Source of the DNA: Elusimicrobiota bacterium
Lineage (GTDB): Bacteria; Elusimicrobiota; Elusimicrobia; UBA1565; JACRDR01
Assembly: GCA_041694815.1 (NCBI GenBank)
Contig: JBGFSC010000009.1
Location: 1-62,080 of the forward strand
DNA length: 62,080 bases
Reading direction: 5' to 3'
In this document: one piece after another, positions 52,771 through 61,225 of the stretch
Numbering within the stretch: the first letter of the stretch is position 1
How the letters are laid out: each line of letters starts with the position of its first letter
Program-made: the position numbers and the translations under genes
The notes under the pieces: model-generated
Databases searched by the model: none
Seen by the model: the letters and a program-made list of their open reading frames with translations, nothing else
What the model was told of the DNA's origin: nothing

Positions 52771-52801
52771 AACATTTATCGAGATCAATCGTATTGAATA
52801 T

Positions 52802-53170
52802 ATGCTCGAACCCCGCGCCGGCTACTGGTCTCTCGTCGCCTTCTCGATCGCATTCTGGGCGGTCCTTTTCGCGCTCTGGTCCTTGACCGGCGTCCGTCTC
52901 CTGGATCGCTGGCTCCGCAGATGCTCCTGGCTGCTGCCGGCCCTGCTTTACCTGGCATACCGCGGACATCATATCGCCGTCGACCCACGCTCGATCCGCA
53001 CCTTCGAGGATTACAACCTGTTCATGACCCGCCTCTTCGTCCATGACACGGAAGTGCTTGCCGCGCGCTCTATTCCTGGTCTAACGCTTTCGCTCTTGGT
53101 CTTGATCGCATTGATTGTCCTGCGCAATCGCATCCAGCCTCGTCTTTCCCGATTTCAATCCGGCGTTTAA
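52802..53170 (+). CDS. Hypothetical membrane protein
   Basis: About three hydrophobic segments; co-oriented with the integrase. Confidence 0.5.
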   Translation: MLEPRAGYWSLVAFSIAFWAVLFALWSLTGVRLLDRWLRRCSWLLPALLYLAYRGHHIAVDPRSIRTFEDYNLFMTRLFVHDTEVLAARSIPGLTLSLLVLIALIVLRNRIQPRLSRFQSGV

Positions 53171-53453
53171 TCCAGTCGCACCTCTCCTCCGGCTGCCAGG
53201 AGTAAAGCGCCTTTCCTGCGGCATAAGCGGTCCATCCCCTCCGGAAAGCTGAAAATCCGGCCCAACCCCCGCCGTAGCCCCGGATTTTCAGCCTCCCCGG
53301 TGGGGTCCCACCAGTTATTCCTCGTTCAGGCCGGCTTTCTCGGCGCCTTCGCCCTCCGGGTGGGCGGAGGTGCGACATGGAAAAACAAACTGAAAATAAG
53401 ATCGGAAAAGAGGAAGCCGGCTGGTCAAGGCAAACAATCGAGGAGGGTCTCCG

Positions 53454-53876
53454 ATGAAGGTTCGCGTGATGCTGGTCCGTGAGGGCCGCTCAACCAAGAA
53501 AATCGAGATCGCGAGTCCCGCGCTGGCCTATCTCTTCCTCAGGCCAAAGGCCAAGGGGCTCGACCGCGAATATTTCTGGCGAATAGACCTCGATGCCAGA
53601 AATGTCGTTGCGTCCGTCGAGGTGTGCTCTATCGGTACCTTGGCGGCCAGCTTGGTCCACCCCCGCGAATTTTTCCTGGGGGCCATCTTGGCGAAATCGG
53701 CGAGCGTCATCTGCGCCCACAACCATCCGAGCGGGGAGCTATCCCCGAGCGCGGAGGACCGCGCAGTAACCCGCCGCCTCCAAAAGGCTGGGGAGCTTTT
53801 AGGCATACCGCTTCAGGATCATCTCATCGTAAGCGATGATGGCTTCTTTAGCTTCAAAGAGCGAGGGCTGCTCTGA
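53454..53876 (+). CDS. radC: RadC/JAB domain protein
   Basis: DREYF, VHPRE, AHNHPSG..SPS.ED and DHLI motifs. Confidence 0.9.
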   Translation: MKVRVMLVREGRSTKKIEIASPALAYLFLRPKAKGLDREYFWRIDLDARNVVASVEVCSIGTLAASLVHPREFFLGAILAKSASVICAHNHPSGELSPSAEDRAVTRRLQKAGELLGIPLQDHLIVSDDGFFSFKERGLL

Positions 53877-54427
53877 TGGCGGACTTTAAATCCCTCGAAA
53901 GGTTCATCCAAGATTCAAGCGGCCGGGCGTTCTTGGCCACCTATAGATTGGCTGGCAATCCTGAGGAGGCCGAGGAGCTTATTCAAGAGACTCTGTATCG
54001 GATCGTCAAGGGATGGGATCGCTATGATCCGTCGAGGCCGCTGGAAGGGTGGTTCATGACGATCATGCGCCACGCTTTCCTCGACAGCCGCCGGCGCCAT
54101 TCCGCTAAGCGCAATATGTCGATAAACTTGCCGCTCAGCGATGGGAAGACGACATGCGCCGACCTGCCATCCGGCGAAGAAGACATCTTGCGCCGATTGG
54201 AGCGCCAAGAGACTGCCGAGGCTGTTCGCAGGGCGGTCAATTCCCTTGGGCCGGAACAAAAAGCCGTCTTAATCCTTTGCGATTTCAAGCTCCTAAGACA
54301 TCGAGACGTTGCGCGCGTTCTTAAGCTATCGCTCGGCACCGTTCGATCCCGGCTTTTTCGAGCCAGGAGCATGCTTCGTCGTTCGGTTTTTCTGAGCGCG
54401 TTGACTGGAGTTGATATGCGGGCATAA
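53876..54427 (+). CDS. ECF RNA polymerase sigma factor
   Basis: AEELIQET, W...I.RH..LD and GTVRSRLFRAR motifs. Confidence 0.88.
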   Translation: MADFKSLERFIQDSSGRAFLATYRLAGNPEEAEELIQETLYRIVKGWDRYDPSRPLEGWFMTIMRHAFLDSRRRHSAKRNMSINLPLSDGKTTCADLPSGEEDILRRLERQETAEAVRRAVNSLGPEQKAVLILCDFKLLRHRDVARVLKLSLGTVRSRLFRARSMLRRSVFLSALTGVDMRA

Positions 54428-54666
54428 GGGCCTTTTCAAGGCAGTTTCCGGATTTAAAAAAGACGTTTATTTCAAAGCATTTTTAGGCTGATGTAATCTT
54501 TCCTGGTCGCTTTTGCCGTTTGGGGCTACCCTTCGATATATGCAGACAACAGGCATTTTAATCATCCTGGTTCAAAAAGGCCTATCGAGTGCGGGCCTAA
54601 AGACCCAGCTCATTTTTGGGCCGAATTGCTCAGGCGAAGTTAGGGATCGGAGGGCATACTAACCCC

Positions 54667-55341
54667 ATGACCAAGAGATTCTTGATCGGAGTTTTAGCCT
54701 TATTGGTCCCGGCGGCTCTCTCCATAGCCGGCCCCTGCGTGTCCCAGCGTCAATTCGAAGAGCAGGAAGCAGCGCGGCGGGCGCTGGAAGACGAGCGCCG
54801 CCGCCAGCAGGCCTATCAGAGCCTGCGCGAGCAATTCTGGATTCAGGCGATGGAGATGGAAAAAAAGCTCACCGCGCGCAAGGCGAAGGTTTTGGTGGAC
54901 ACCGAGCTCGTGACCCACGCGGCGATCAACGCCACGGTCAAGACCATGGATCTGCTCTGGCAGCGCTGGACGCACGAGGATCCTGGCAAGGATGCCGGCA
55001 AGGCCTGGGATAACACTTTAAAGGAGAACATGTCGCAGTGGCTCAAGCAATACGGCATGCTTGGCTCTTCCGAGGACTTGGATGCGCTCGTGGCCGAAAA
55101 CGCTCCGGCTTTCGCCGCGATCGCGGAGAAATGGCAGAAGGAGTTCGCCGTGTCCGAGAATCTTCAGGCCCAGGCCGTCAAAGTGCGTGAGGAGAACGCC
55201 CTGGCGATGCAGAGAGCCGGCGTGCGCATCGAAGCTGCGGCCGAGGAGGCGCGTAGCGCCACGCAGGAAACAACCGTTTCAGCCAGGAAGGAAGCCAAGG
55301 CCAAAAAGGAAAAGACCGCCGAAGGATCGGAGGGGAAATGA
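54667..55341 (+). CDS. Secreted helical hypothetical protein
   Basis: Signal peptide MTKRFLIGVLALLVPAALSIA; stop overlaps the next ATG (ATGA). Confidence 0.7.
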   Translation: MTKRFLIGVLALLVPAALSIAGPCVSQRQFEEQEAARRALEDERRRQQAYQSLREQFWIQAMEMEKKLTARKAKVLVDTELVTHAAINATVKTMDLLWQRWTHEDPGKDAGKAWDNTLKENMSQWLKQYGMLGSSEDLDALVAENAPAFAAIAEKWQKEFAVSENLQAQAVKVREENALAMQRAGVRIEAAAEEARSATQETTVSARKEAKAKKEKTAEGSEGK

Positions 55342-58088
55342 GCGTTCTCTTTTCAGCGATCGCGTTGCTCTGGCCGGCGCTTGGAATTTCCGTTTCTGCT
55401 TCAGCGCAGGCGGCGGCCGTCACTTCGGCCCAGGCGAGCTTCGAGGATTTCCTGCGCGAGAACTACGACAATCAAACCCAGCCCTTGGCGCGGGCGGTCT
55501 TGACCGACTTAAGCGCCCTTCCCGCGCGTCCCTTCGCCGGCCGCGCCGAGGAGGTCGGAGGCATCCTGGCCGTGCTGGCCCAGAAGCAGGGCCAGAAGCG
55601 TTCGGTGCTTCTGACCGGCCCATCCGGCATCGGCAAGGGCGCCTTGATCCAGCATCTGGCCTCCGAGGTGAAGGTAGGCAATCTTTCCTTAGACGCCAAG
55701 TTCCTGGAGCTCGACCTGGCCCGCCTGTCGGGCATGGCCTCGCAGATGGCTCCGGCGCCGGGCCAAAAACCTCCATTTGAGGCCTTCTTCGAGGATGTTT
55801 TGCCGCCCTTGCGCGACAAGGCGATCATCGTGATGAAGGGGATCGAGGGCCTGCTTCAGCCCGGCGCCAATAGCCAGTTCGTGGAGCGCCTGCGCAACCC
55901 GATGGAGCGCTCGGGACAGCGCTTCATCTTCCTTTTAGAGAACGATGCCTCGCTGCCGGCCGATCATTTCATCCGCAAATACGCCCAGAAGATCGAGCTC
56001 AAGGAGCCCGATGAAAAAGGCGCCATGACGATGCTTTTGGCCAACAAAGGCAATTGGGAGTCCGCCTATGGTCTCAAGATCAAGGACGAGGCCATCGAGG
56101 ACTTGGTCGGGGTTTCCAAGGAGTTCCTACGCCGCCTGCAGCCATTGGAGCTCATCGACAATATGGAGGCGGCTCTCCGGGAAAATCAGCCGGAGGCTCG
56201 CAAGAACACCGCGCGGGCCTCGGCCAATGATCTGTTCTCCCGGCTTTCGCTCGCCCTGGCGAAGTACCGCAGGACCCAGTCCCCGAAGGACTATAACGAG
56301 GTCCTGGCCCTGGCCAAACAGTTGGAGGCCGAGCGGGCGCGGCTTAAGGCGGCCGGCGAGGTAGAGCTCGATTCGCAACAGGTCAAGGAGATCATGGCGG
56401 AAATCTACGACAATCCCATGATCTTAAAGAGCGACGATTTCCGCAAAACACTGCTTGCGGCGGTGCCGAAAGTCCGCGCTGGCGTCGTGGGCCAGGATGA
56501 GGCGGTCAACGCCGTCAGTGCCGTGCTGAAAAACACTGCGGCGGGGCTCGTCAGCAACAAGCGGCCCTTGGGCTCGTTTCTGCTCCTGGGCCCTACCGGC
56601 GTCGGCAAGACCCAATTGGCCCGCGTGCTCGCTCGCTCGCTTTTCGGCGATGAGAACGCCATGGCTCGGCTCGACATGTCCGAATACATGGAAAAGCACA
56701 CAGTTTCCCGGCTTATCGGCTCGCCTCCGGGATACGTGGGCTACGGCGAGGGGGGCCAGCTTACGGAGGTGGTGCGCAAGCGGCCCTATTCGGTGATCCT
56801 GTTCGATGAGATCGAAAAGGCTCATGCCGATGTCTTAAACGTGCTGCTTCAAATCCTTGAAGACGGGCGCCTGACCGACGGTCAGGGCCGCACGGTCGAT
56901 TTCCGCAGGACGGTTGTGTTCATGACCTCGAACCTGTCGAGCCGGCTGATCCAGCGCATGCAGGAGCAGGGCAAGACGTTCGAAGAAATCCAGGCGGCGG
57001 TCAAGGAGGACTTAAAGGGCCAGCTCCGGCCGGAACTGATCGGCCGACTAGATAAGGTCATCGTCTTTACGCCGCTCAATCGTGACCAGGTGTTGGGCAT
57101 TGGCGAGCTTCTGGCTAATGAGGAGATCGCCAAGCCCCTGGCCCAGGGTGGCCACGAGCTGGGCTATTTAGGGAAGAACGTTCTGGCCCACGTGGCCGAT
57201 CATGGCGGCTTCGACCCGGAATACGGCGCGCGTCCCATGCGCCGCGCCATGCAGGAGCAGATCCGCGACGCGGTGACCCAACACCTGCTCAACCAATCCG
57301 AAGGTCCGCGGAAAATCTCGATCGACTTAAATAAAGAGGGCAGGATCGAGGTGAAAAGCGAGGCTTTGGCCAAGAAGGTCGAGTCCAAGAACGCTTTGCC
57401 GGAAGGTTTGGGAAGCATCTGGCTGAGGCATATCCTCGATCCCAATGTCTGGCAGGACATGACGGTGTCGGCCTTGAAAGCGGTTTATGAGAGCTTCGGC
57501 CAAAAGCCGCTGCAATCCCAGAAATTCGACAATTTCGGCCTCCAGATAGCGTCCCCTAAGGGCGAGACGGTCCATCAGCTCAAGGCCAAGCATATGGATG
57601 CCAACTTGAACGACCCTGCTTTGACCTCGGAGAAAGCCCCTGGCGGCGGGCTTTTCGGCTGGATGGACAAATTGCGCAAAGAGGGCTACGGCGATGAGGA
57701 GCTTCGGGCGATCCAGGCCTGGGCGGCCAAGGCCCTTCGCTGCGGCAAGAGCGCTGCGGCAGCGCAGGTGCCCTCCTCCAAGCTCACCTTGGAATGGCAG
57801 GATTCATCGCTCGGCCATGTTTTGAGGGTCGATGCCCCGCCGCTCAACGAGCAAGAATTGGCCGAGGCCTACGGCAGCTATGAGGCGCATTTCTCGAGAA
57901 AGCCAGGCTCGCTCGAGGAAACCCTTAAGGAATCCGACGGCCTGAGCGCCGAAGGCCATCGCAGCCGGGCGCAGCTCATGGAGATCAAGCGGACCCTAGG
58001 TCAGATCCCGAACGCCTACTTCGGCGCTTATTGGGACAAGAGCAATTCGACGTACTGGCTGCTCGTTCCTAAGAGGAAACAGTCATGA
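55338..58088 (+). CDS. ClpB/ClpC-like AAA+ ATPase with signal peptide and unique C-terminal extension
   Basis: D2: GQDEAV, GPTGVGKT, DMSEYMEKH, PPGYVGY, DEIEKAH, GARPMRR. D1: GPSGIGKG with degenerate Walker B. Confidence 0.85.
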   Translation: MSVLFSAIALLWPALGISVSASAQAAAVTSAQASFEDFLRENYDNQTQPLARAVLTDLSALPARPFAGRAEEVGGILAVLAQKQGQKRSVLLTGPSGIGKGALIQHLASEVKVGNLSLDAKFLELDLARLSGMASQMAPAPGQKPPFEAFFEDVLPPLRDKAIIVMKGIEGLLQPGANSQFVERLRNPMERSGQRFIFLLENDASLPADHFIRKYAQKIELKEPDEKGAMTMLLANKGNWESAYGLKIKDEAIEDLVGVSKEFLRRLQPLELIDNMEAALRENQPEARKNTARASANDLFSRLSLALAKYRRTQSPKDYNEVLALAKQLEAERARLKAAGEVELDSQQVKEIMAEIYDNPMILKSDDFRKTLLAAVPKVRAGVVGQDEAVNAVSAVLKNTAAGLVSNKRPLGSFLLLGPTGVGKTQLARVLARSLFGDENAMARLDMSEYMEKHTVSRLIGSPPGYVGYGEGGQLTEVVRKRPYSVILFDEIEKAHADVLNVLLQILEDGRLTDGQGRTVDFRRTVVFMTSNLSSRLIQRMQEQGKTFEEIQAAVKEDLKGQLRPELIGRLDKVIVFTPLNRDQVLGIGELLANEEIAKPLAQGGHELGYLGKNVLAHVADHGGFDPEYGARPMRRAMQEQIRDAVTQHLLNQSEGPRKISIDLNKEGRIEVKSEALAKKVESKNALPEGLGSIWLRHILDPNVWQDMTVSALKAVYESFGQKPLQSQKFDNFGLQIASPKGETVHQLKAKHMDANLNDPALTSEKAPGGGLFGWMDKLRKEGYGDEELRAIQAWAAKALRCGKSAAAAQVPSSKLTLEWQDSSLGHVLRVDAPPLNEQELAEAYGSYEAHFSRKPGSLEETLKESDGLSAEGHRSRAQLMEIKRTLGQIPNAYFGAYWDKSNSTYWLLVPKRKQS

Positions 58089-59098
58089 GAAACATTCCCA
58101 TGCACGCGATGAAGGCAACAAGGATGATGGTCTTGGCGGCACTGATAGGGCAACTTTATGCGCCGGTCTGGGGCTACGAGATCCCCGACGGTCCTACGGA
58201 GGACCAGAGCTTCGAGGCTCATTTCCTGAACGCCAAGCAAAAGGTGACGGAGGGCGCGGCCGCCCTGGCCCCGAACGGGCAAAAGAACGAGACGCCGGTC
58301 ATCTCTGACGGTCAGGCCGGCATCGAGGCGATGGACGGCAAGCGGGTAGGCCTGGCGGCGCGATTCATTACGATCCAGCCTGGGACCTTCCAGATGGGAA
58401 GCCCGAGCAATGAATCTGGGCGCTATGACAACGAGATCCAGCACTCGGTCACCCTGACCCGGGGCTTCGAGCTGCAGGCGACCGCCGTGACCCAGATGCA
58501 GTACTTCTTGGTCATGGGCCGTAACCCATCTTACTTTCACGCTCGCGAGAATTGCGATCAAAGCAATGCTCCAGGCGCCAATAATTTCCGGGTCATCAAC
58601 GGCGCGGAAATCTGCGTCGACCATCCCGTAGAGCAGGTATCGTGGGAGGACGCTCAGGAATTCATCCGGCGGTTGAATGAACTCCAAAACCAATACACGT
58701 ATCGCCTGCCCACCGAAGCTGAACGGGAGTACGCGACAAGAGCCGGGACCTTATCGAGCTATTCGTTCGGCTCAAGCGAGTCCGATCTGGGCGACAATGC
58801 CTGGTATTATGGGAACTCTAATAACCGCACGCACGCGGTGGCGACGAAGCGGGCCAATCCGTGGGGCCTCTATGACATGCACGGCAACGTATGGGAATGG
58901 GTGCAGGACTGGTATGGGGACTATCCAAACCAGAGTGTGACGGACCCTAAAGGCCCGAATACAGGCTCGTACCGCGTCATCCGTGGCGGCTCCTGGGGCA
59001 ACAGTGCCGGGGGCCTGCGGTCGGCGTTCCGCTACTACGGCGGCCCCGGCGGTCGCAGCGGCTATGTGGGGTTCCGCCTGGCGAGGTCGCGACGTTGA
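58085..59098 (+). CDS. Secreted FGE-sulfatase/CLec protein; DGR target 2
   Basis: FQMGS, RLPTEAE, DMHGNVWEW and RVIRGGSW..GFRLARS motifs; C-terminal VR. Confidence 0.93.
   Translation: MRNIPMHAMKATRMMVLAALIGQLYAPVWGYEIPDGPTEDQSFEAHFLNAKQKVTEGAAALAPNGQKNETPVISDGQAGIEAMDGKRVGLAARFITIQPGTFQMGSPSNESGRYDNEIQHSVTLTRGFELQATAVTQMQYFLVMGRNPSYFHARENCDQSNAPGANNFRVINGAEICVDHPVEQVSWEDAQEFIRRLNELQNQYTYRLPTEAEREYATRAGTLSSYSFGSSESDLGDNAWYYGNSNNRTHAVATKRANPWGLYDMHGNVWEWVQDWYGDYPNQSVTDPKGPNTGSYRVIRGGSWGNSAGGLRSAFRYYGGPGGRSGYVGFRLARSRR
58962..59085 (+). repeat. DGR variable region VR2
   Basis: Ungapped match to VR1/VR3; downstream hairpin ATCGCCC-GTAAA-GGGCGAT within 59162..59189. Confidence 0.9.
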
Positions 59099-59207
59099 AA
59101 TTTGAACCCTTGGACACTCGGCCCTTGGCGGGAATTTTCAGCCAGGGAAAGCGCAGCCGGAGCGCATCGCCCGTAAAGGGCGATCGCGCAGGCGGAGCGA
59201 ACGGAGC

Positions 59208-60269
59208 ATGAATAGGAGCAAACTTGAGAGAACAAATATGAAAGAGCGCGTGATGATCTTGACGATGACATTGAGTTTGGTCTGCTCGAGCTCTCGCGCC
59301 TACGAGATTCCCGACGGCCCCACCGAGGATCAGAGCTTTGAGGCTCATTTTCTCAAGGCGAAGCAGAAAACAGCCGAAACCGTTCAAAAGGTCGAGGAAC
59401 GCAGAGCGGATGAGGCAGGACCCGCGGCTCAGGTCGTAGCCGAAACCTTGAACGCCATCGATGCCTTAAACGGCCAGCGCGTCGGCATGGCGGCACGGTT
59501 CATCGCGATCCAGCCGGGAACCTTCCAGATGGGAAGCCCCGGCGATGAGGCAAGCCGCGACAACGACGAGACCCAGCACTCGGTCACCCTGACCCAGGGT
59601 TTCGAGATGCAGGCCACGCCGGTGACGCAGATGCAGTATTTCCTGGTCACCGGCCGCAATCCATCGAACTTTCGAAACCGGGAGAACTGCGATCCCAATA
59701 ACTTTCGCGTTGTCAACGGGCTCGGGTTCTGCGCCGAGCACCCCGTCGAGATGGTCTCCTGGGAAGACGCGCAGGACTTCATCCGGCGTCTTAACGAGAT
59801 GCAAAACCAATATACGTATAGGCTTCCAACCGAGGCCGAATGGGAATATGCGGCGCGGGCGGGCACCCAGCCCGGCTTTCCTTATTCGTTCGGTCATAAC
59901 GATACAGGCGAACTCGACAATTACGCCTGGTATTCGAACAATTCAGGCAATCGAACGCACGCGGTTGCGATGAAGCGGCAGAATCCTTGGGGGCTTTACG
60001 ACATGCATGGCAATGTCTGGGAGTGGGTGCAGGATTGGTTCGGAGCTTATCCCAATACGGGAAGCGGCGGCTTCTTGGGCATAGGTGGCAATAGAGGCAA
60101 TGGCGCTGTGACCGACCCTAAGGGCCCGAATACAGGCTCGAGCCGCGTCATCCGTGGCGGCTCCTGGTACCGCAATGCCGGGCGCCTGCGGTCGGCGAGC
60201 CGCCTCTACAGCGGCCCCGGCTATCGCGGCAGCTATGTGGGGTTCCGCCTGGCGAGGTCGCGACGTTGA
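59208..60269 (+). CDS. Secreted FGE-sulfatase/CLec protein; DGR target 3 (start possibly 59238)
   Basis: Same motifs as target 2; C-terminal VR. Confidence 0.93.
   Translation: MNRSKLERTNMKERVMILTMTLSLVCSSSRAYEIPDGPTEDQSFEAHFLKAKQKTAETVQKVEERRADEAGPAAQVVAETLNAIDALNGQRVGMAARFIAIQPGTFQMGSPGDEASRDNDETQHSVTLTQGFEMQATPVTQMQYFLVTGRNPSNFRNRENCDPNNFRVVNGLGFCAEHPVEMVSWEDAQDFIRRLNEMQNQYTYRLPTEAEWEYAARAGTQPGFPYSFGHNDTGELDNYAWYSNNSGNRTHAVAMKRQNPWGLYDMHGNVWEWVQDWFGAYPNTGSGGFLGIGGNRGNGAVTDPKGPNTGSSRVIRGGSWYRNAGRLRSASRLYSGPGYRGSYVGFRLARSRR
60133..60256 (+). repeat. DGR variable region VR3
   Basis: Ungapped match to VR1/VR2; downstream hairpin at 60326..60354. Confidence 0.9.
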
Positions 60270-60377
60270 AATTTGAACCCTTGGACACTTAGCCCTTGGG
60301 TCGGCTGTTTGCAGTGAAGAAGCGAGCCGGGCGCGTGCGTAAGCCGCGCTCGGCGAGCTGTATAGAGGGAAGTAGAC

Positions 60378-60884
60378 ATGAAGCTCAAAGTGTTCACCCT
60401 GCGCATGAACCCGACGACAGGAAATTTCGATGACGCGGGGCTGTCGGAGTTTCAGTTAGGCAAGGACGTGCTGGAGGCGTCCGAGCACCTTCTCGTTCAC
60501 GAGAAAACCCCCACGCTGGTCTTGGTGTTGCGCTATCGGGAGGTCCCCGACGACAGGCGCTCGCCTGATGCCGCGCGCAAGGACTGGCGCGCGGAGCTGG
60601 ACCCCGCCGGCCAGCGGATTTACGACGAGCTGCGCCTCTGGCGCGGACGGCGGGCCAAGCAGGAGGGCATGCCACCGTATCTCATCCTCAATAATCGGGA
60701 ACTCGCGGAACTGGCCATGAAGAAGCCGACCAGTCTCGCCAAGCTGCAAGAGATAGAAGGCATCGGCGAGGCCAAGTCGCAGCGCTGGGGCGAGGAATTG
60801 CTCGGTCTCTTGGAAAAACTTGTCGCGCCCAAGGTGGAAACCGCAGCGGCCCCGGCTCAGCCGGGGGGGGGGGGTAATCTATGA
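60378..60884 (+). CDS. HRDC domain protein (DGR accessory)
   Basis: YDELRLWR...A..EGMPPYLILNN..L.ELA...P.....L..IEGIG..K...WG pattern. Confidence 0.88.
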   Translation: MKLKVFTLRMNPTTGNFDDAGLSEFQLGKDVLEASEHLLVHEKTPTLVLVLRYREVPDDRRSPDAARKDWRAELDPAGQRIYDELRLWRGRRAKQEGMPPYLILNNRELAELAMKKPTSLAKLQEIEGIGEAKSQRWGEELLGLLEKLVAPKVETAAAPAQPGGGGNL

Positions 60885-61225
60885 GCTCCGTGGAGCTTCC
60901 CCTCTTCGTCCATTGGACGCAAGTGCTCAAGGACATTTTATCGCGCACCGAAAAATTTCCCAAACGCGTTCGTTTTACCCTGTCTTCGCGCATCGATAAC
61001 CTGACGCTCGACGTCCTGGAAAAAATCGTCGAGGCGAGATACGCCAAGGACAAGGACGCCTCGCTCCAGCAGGCCAGCCTATATCTTGAGAAGCTTCGCG
61101 TGCTTCTTCGGATCAGCCATGAGGAGAAACATCTCGATCATCGCGGCTTTGAGCATGTGGCCCGCAATATCGACGAGGCCGGGCGCATGCTGGGCGGCTG
61201 GATACGGAGCAGAAAAGAAAAATGA
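60881..61225 (+). CDS. avd: DGR accessory variability determinant (four-helix bundle)
   Basis: KFPKRVRFTLSSRI, LEKLRVLLR and EAGRMLGGW motifs; overlaps the RT start. Confidence 0.9.
   Translation: MSSVELPLFVHWTQVLKDILSRTEKFPKRVRFTLSSRIDNLTLDVLEKIVEARYAKDKDASLQQASLYLEKLRVLLRISHEEKHLDHRGFEHVARNIDEAGRMLGGWIRSRKEK

Noticed and set aside
55338..58088. Housekeeping clpB or T6SS clpV
   Set aside because: No Clp N-domain, degenerate D1, signal peptide, island location and no T6SS genes.
60270..61225. Template repeat near avd/RT
   Set aside because: No AAC-rich copy of the VR was seen here or in other intergenic regions by eye; avd overlaps both neighbours.
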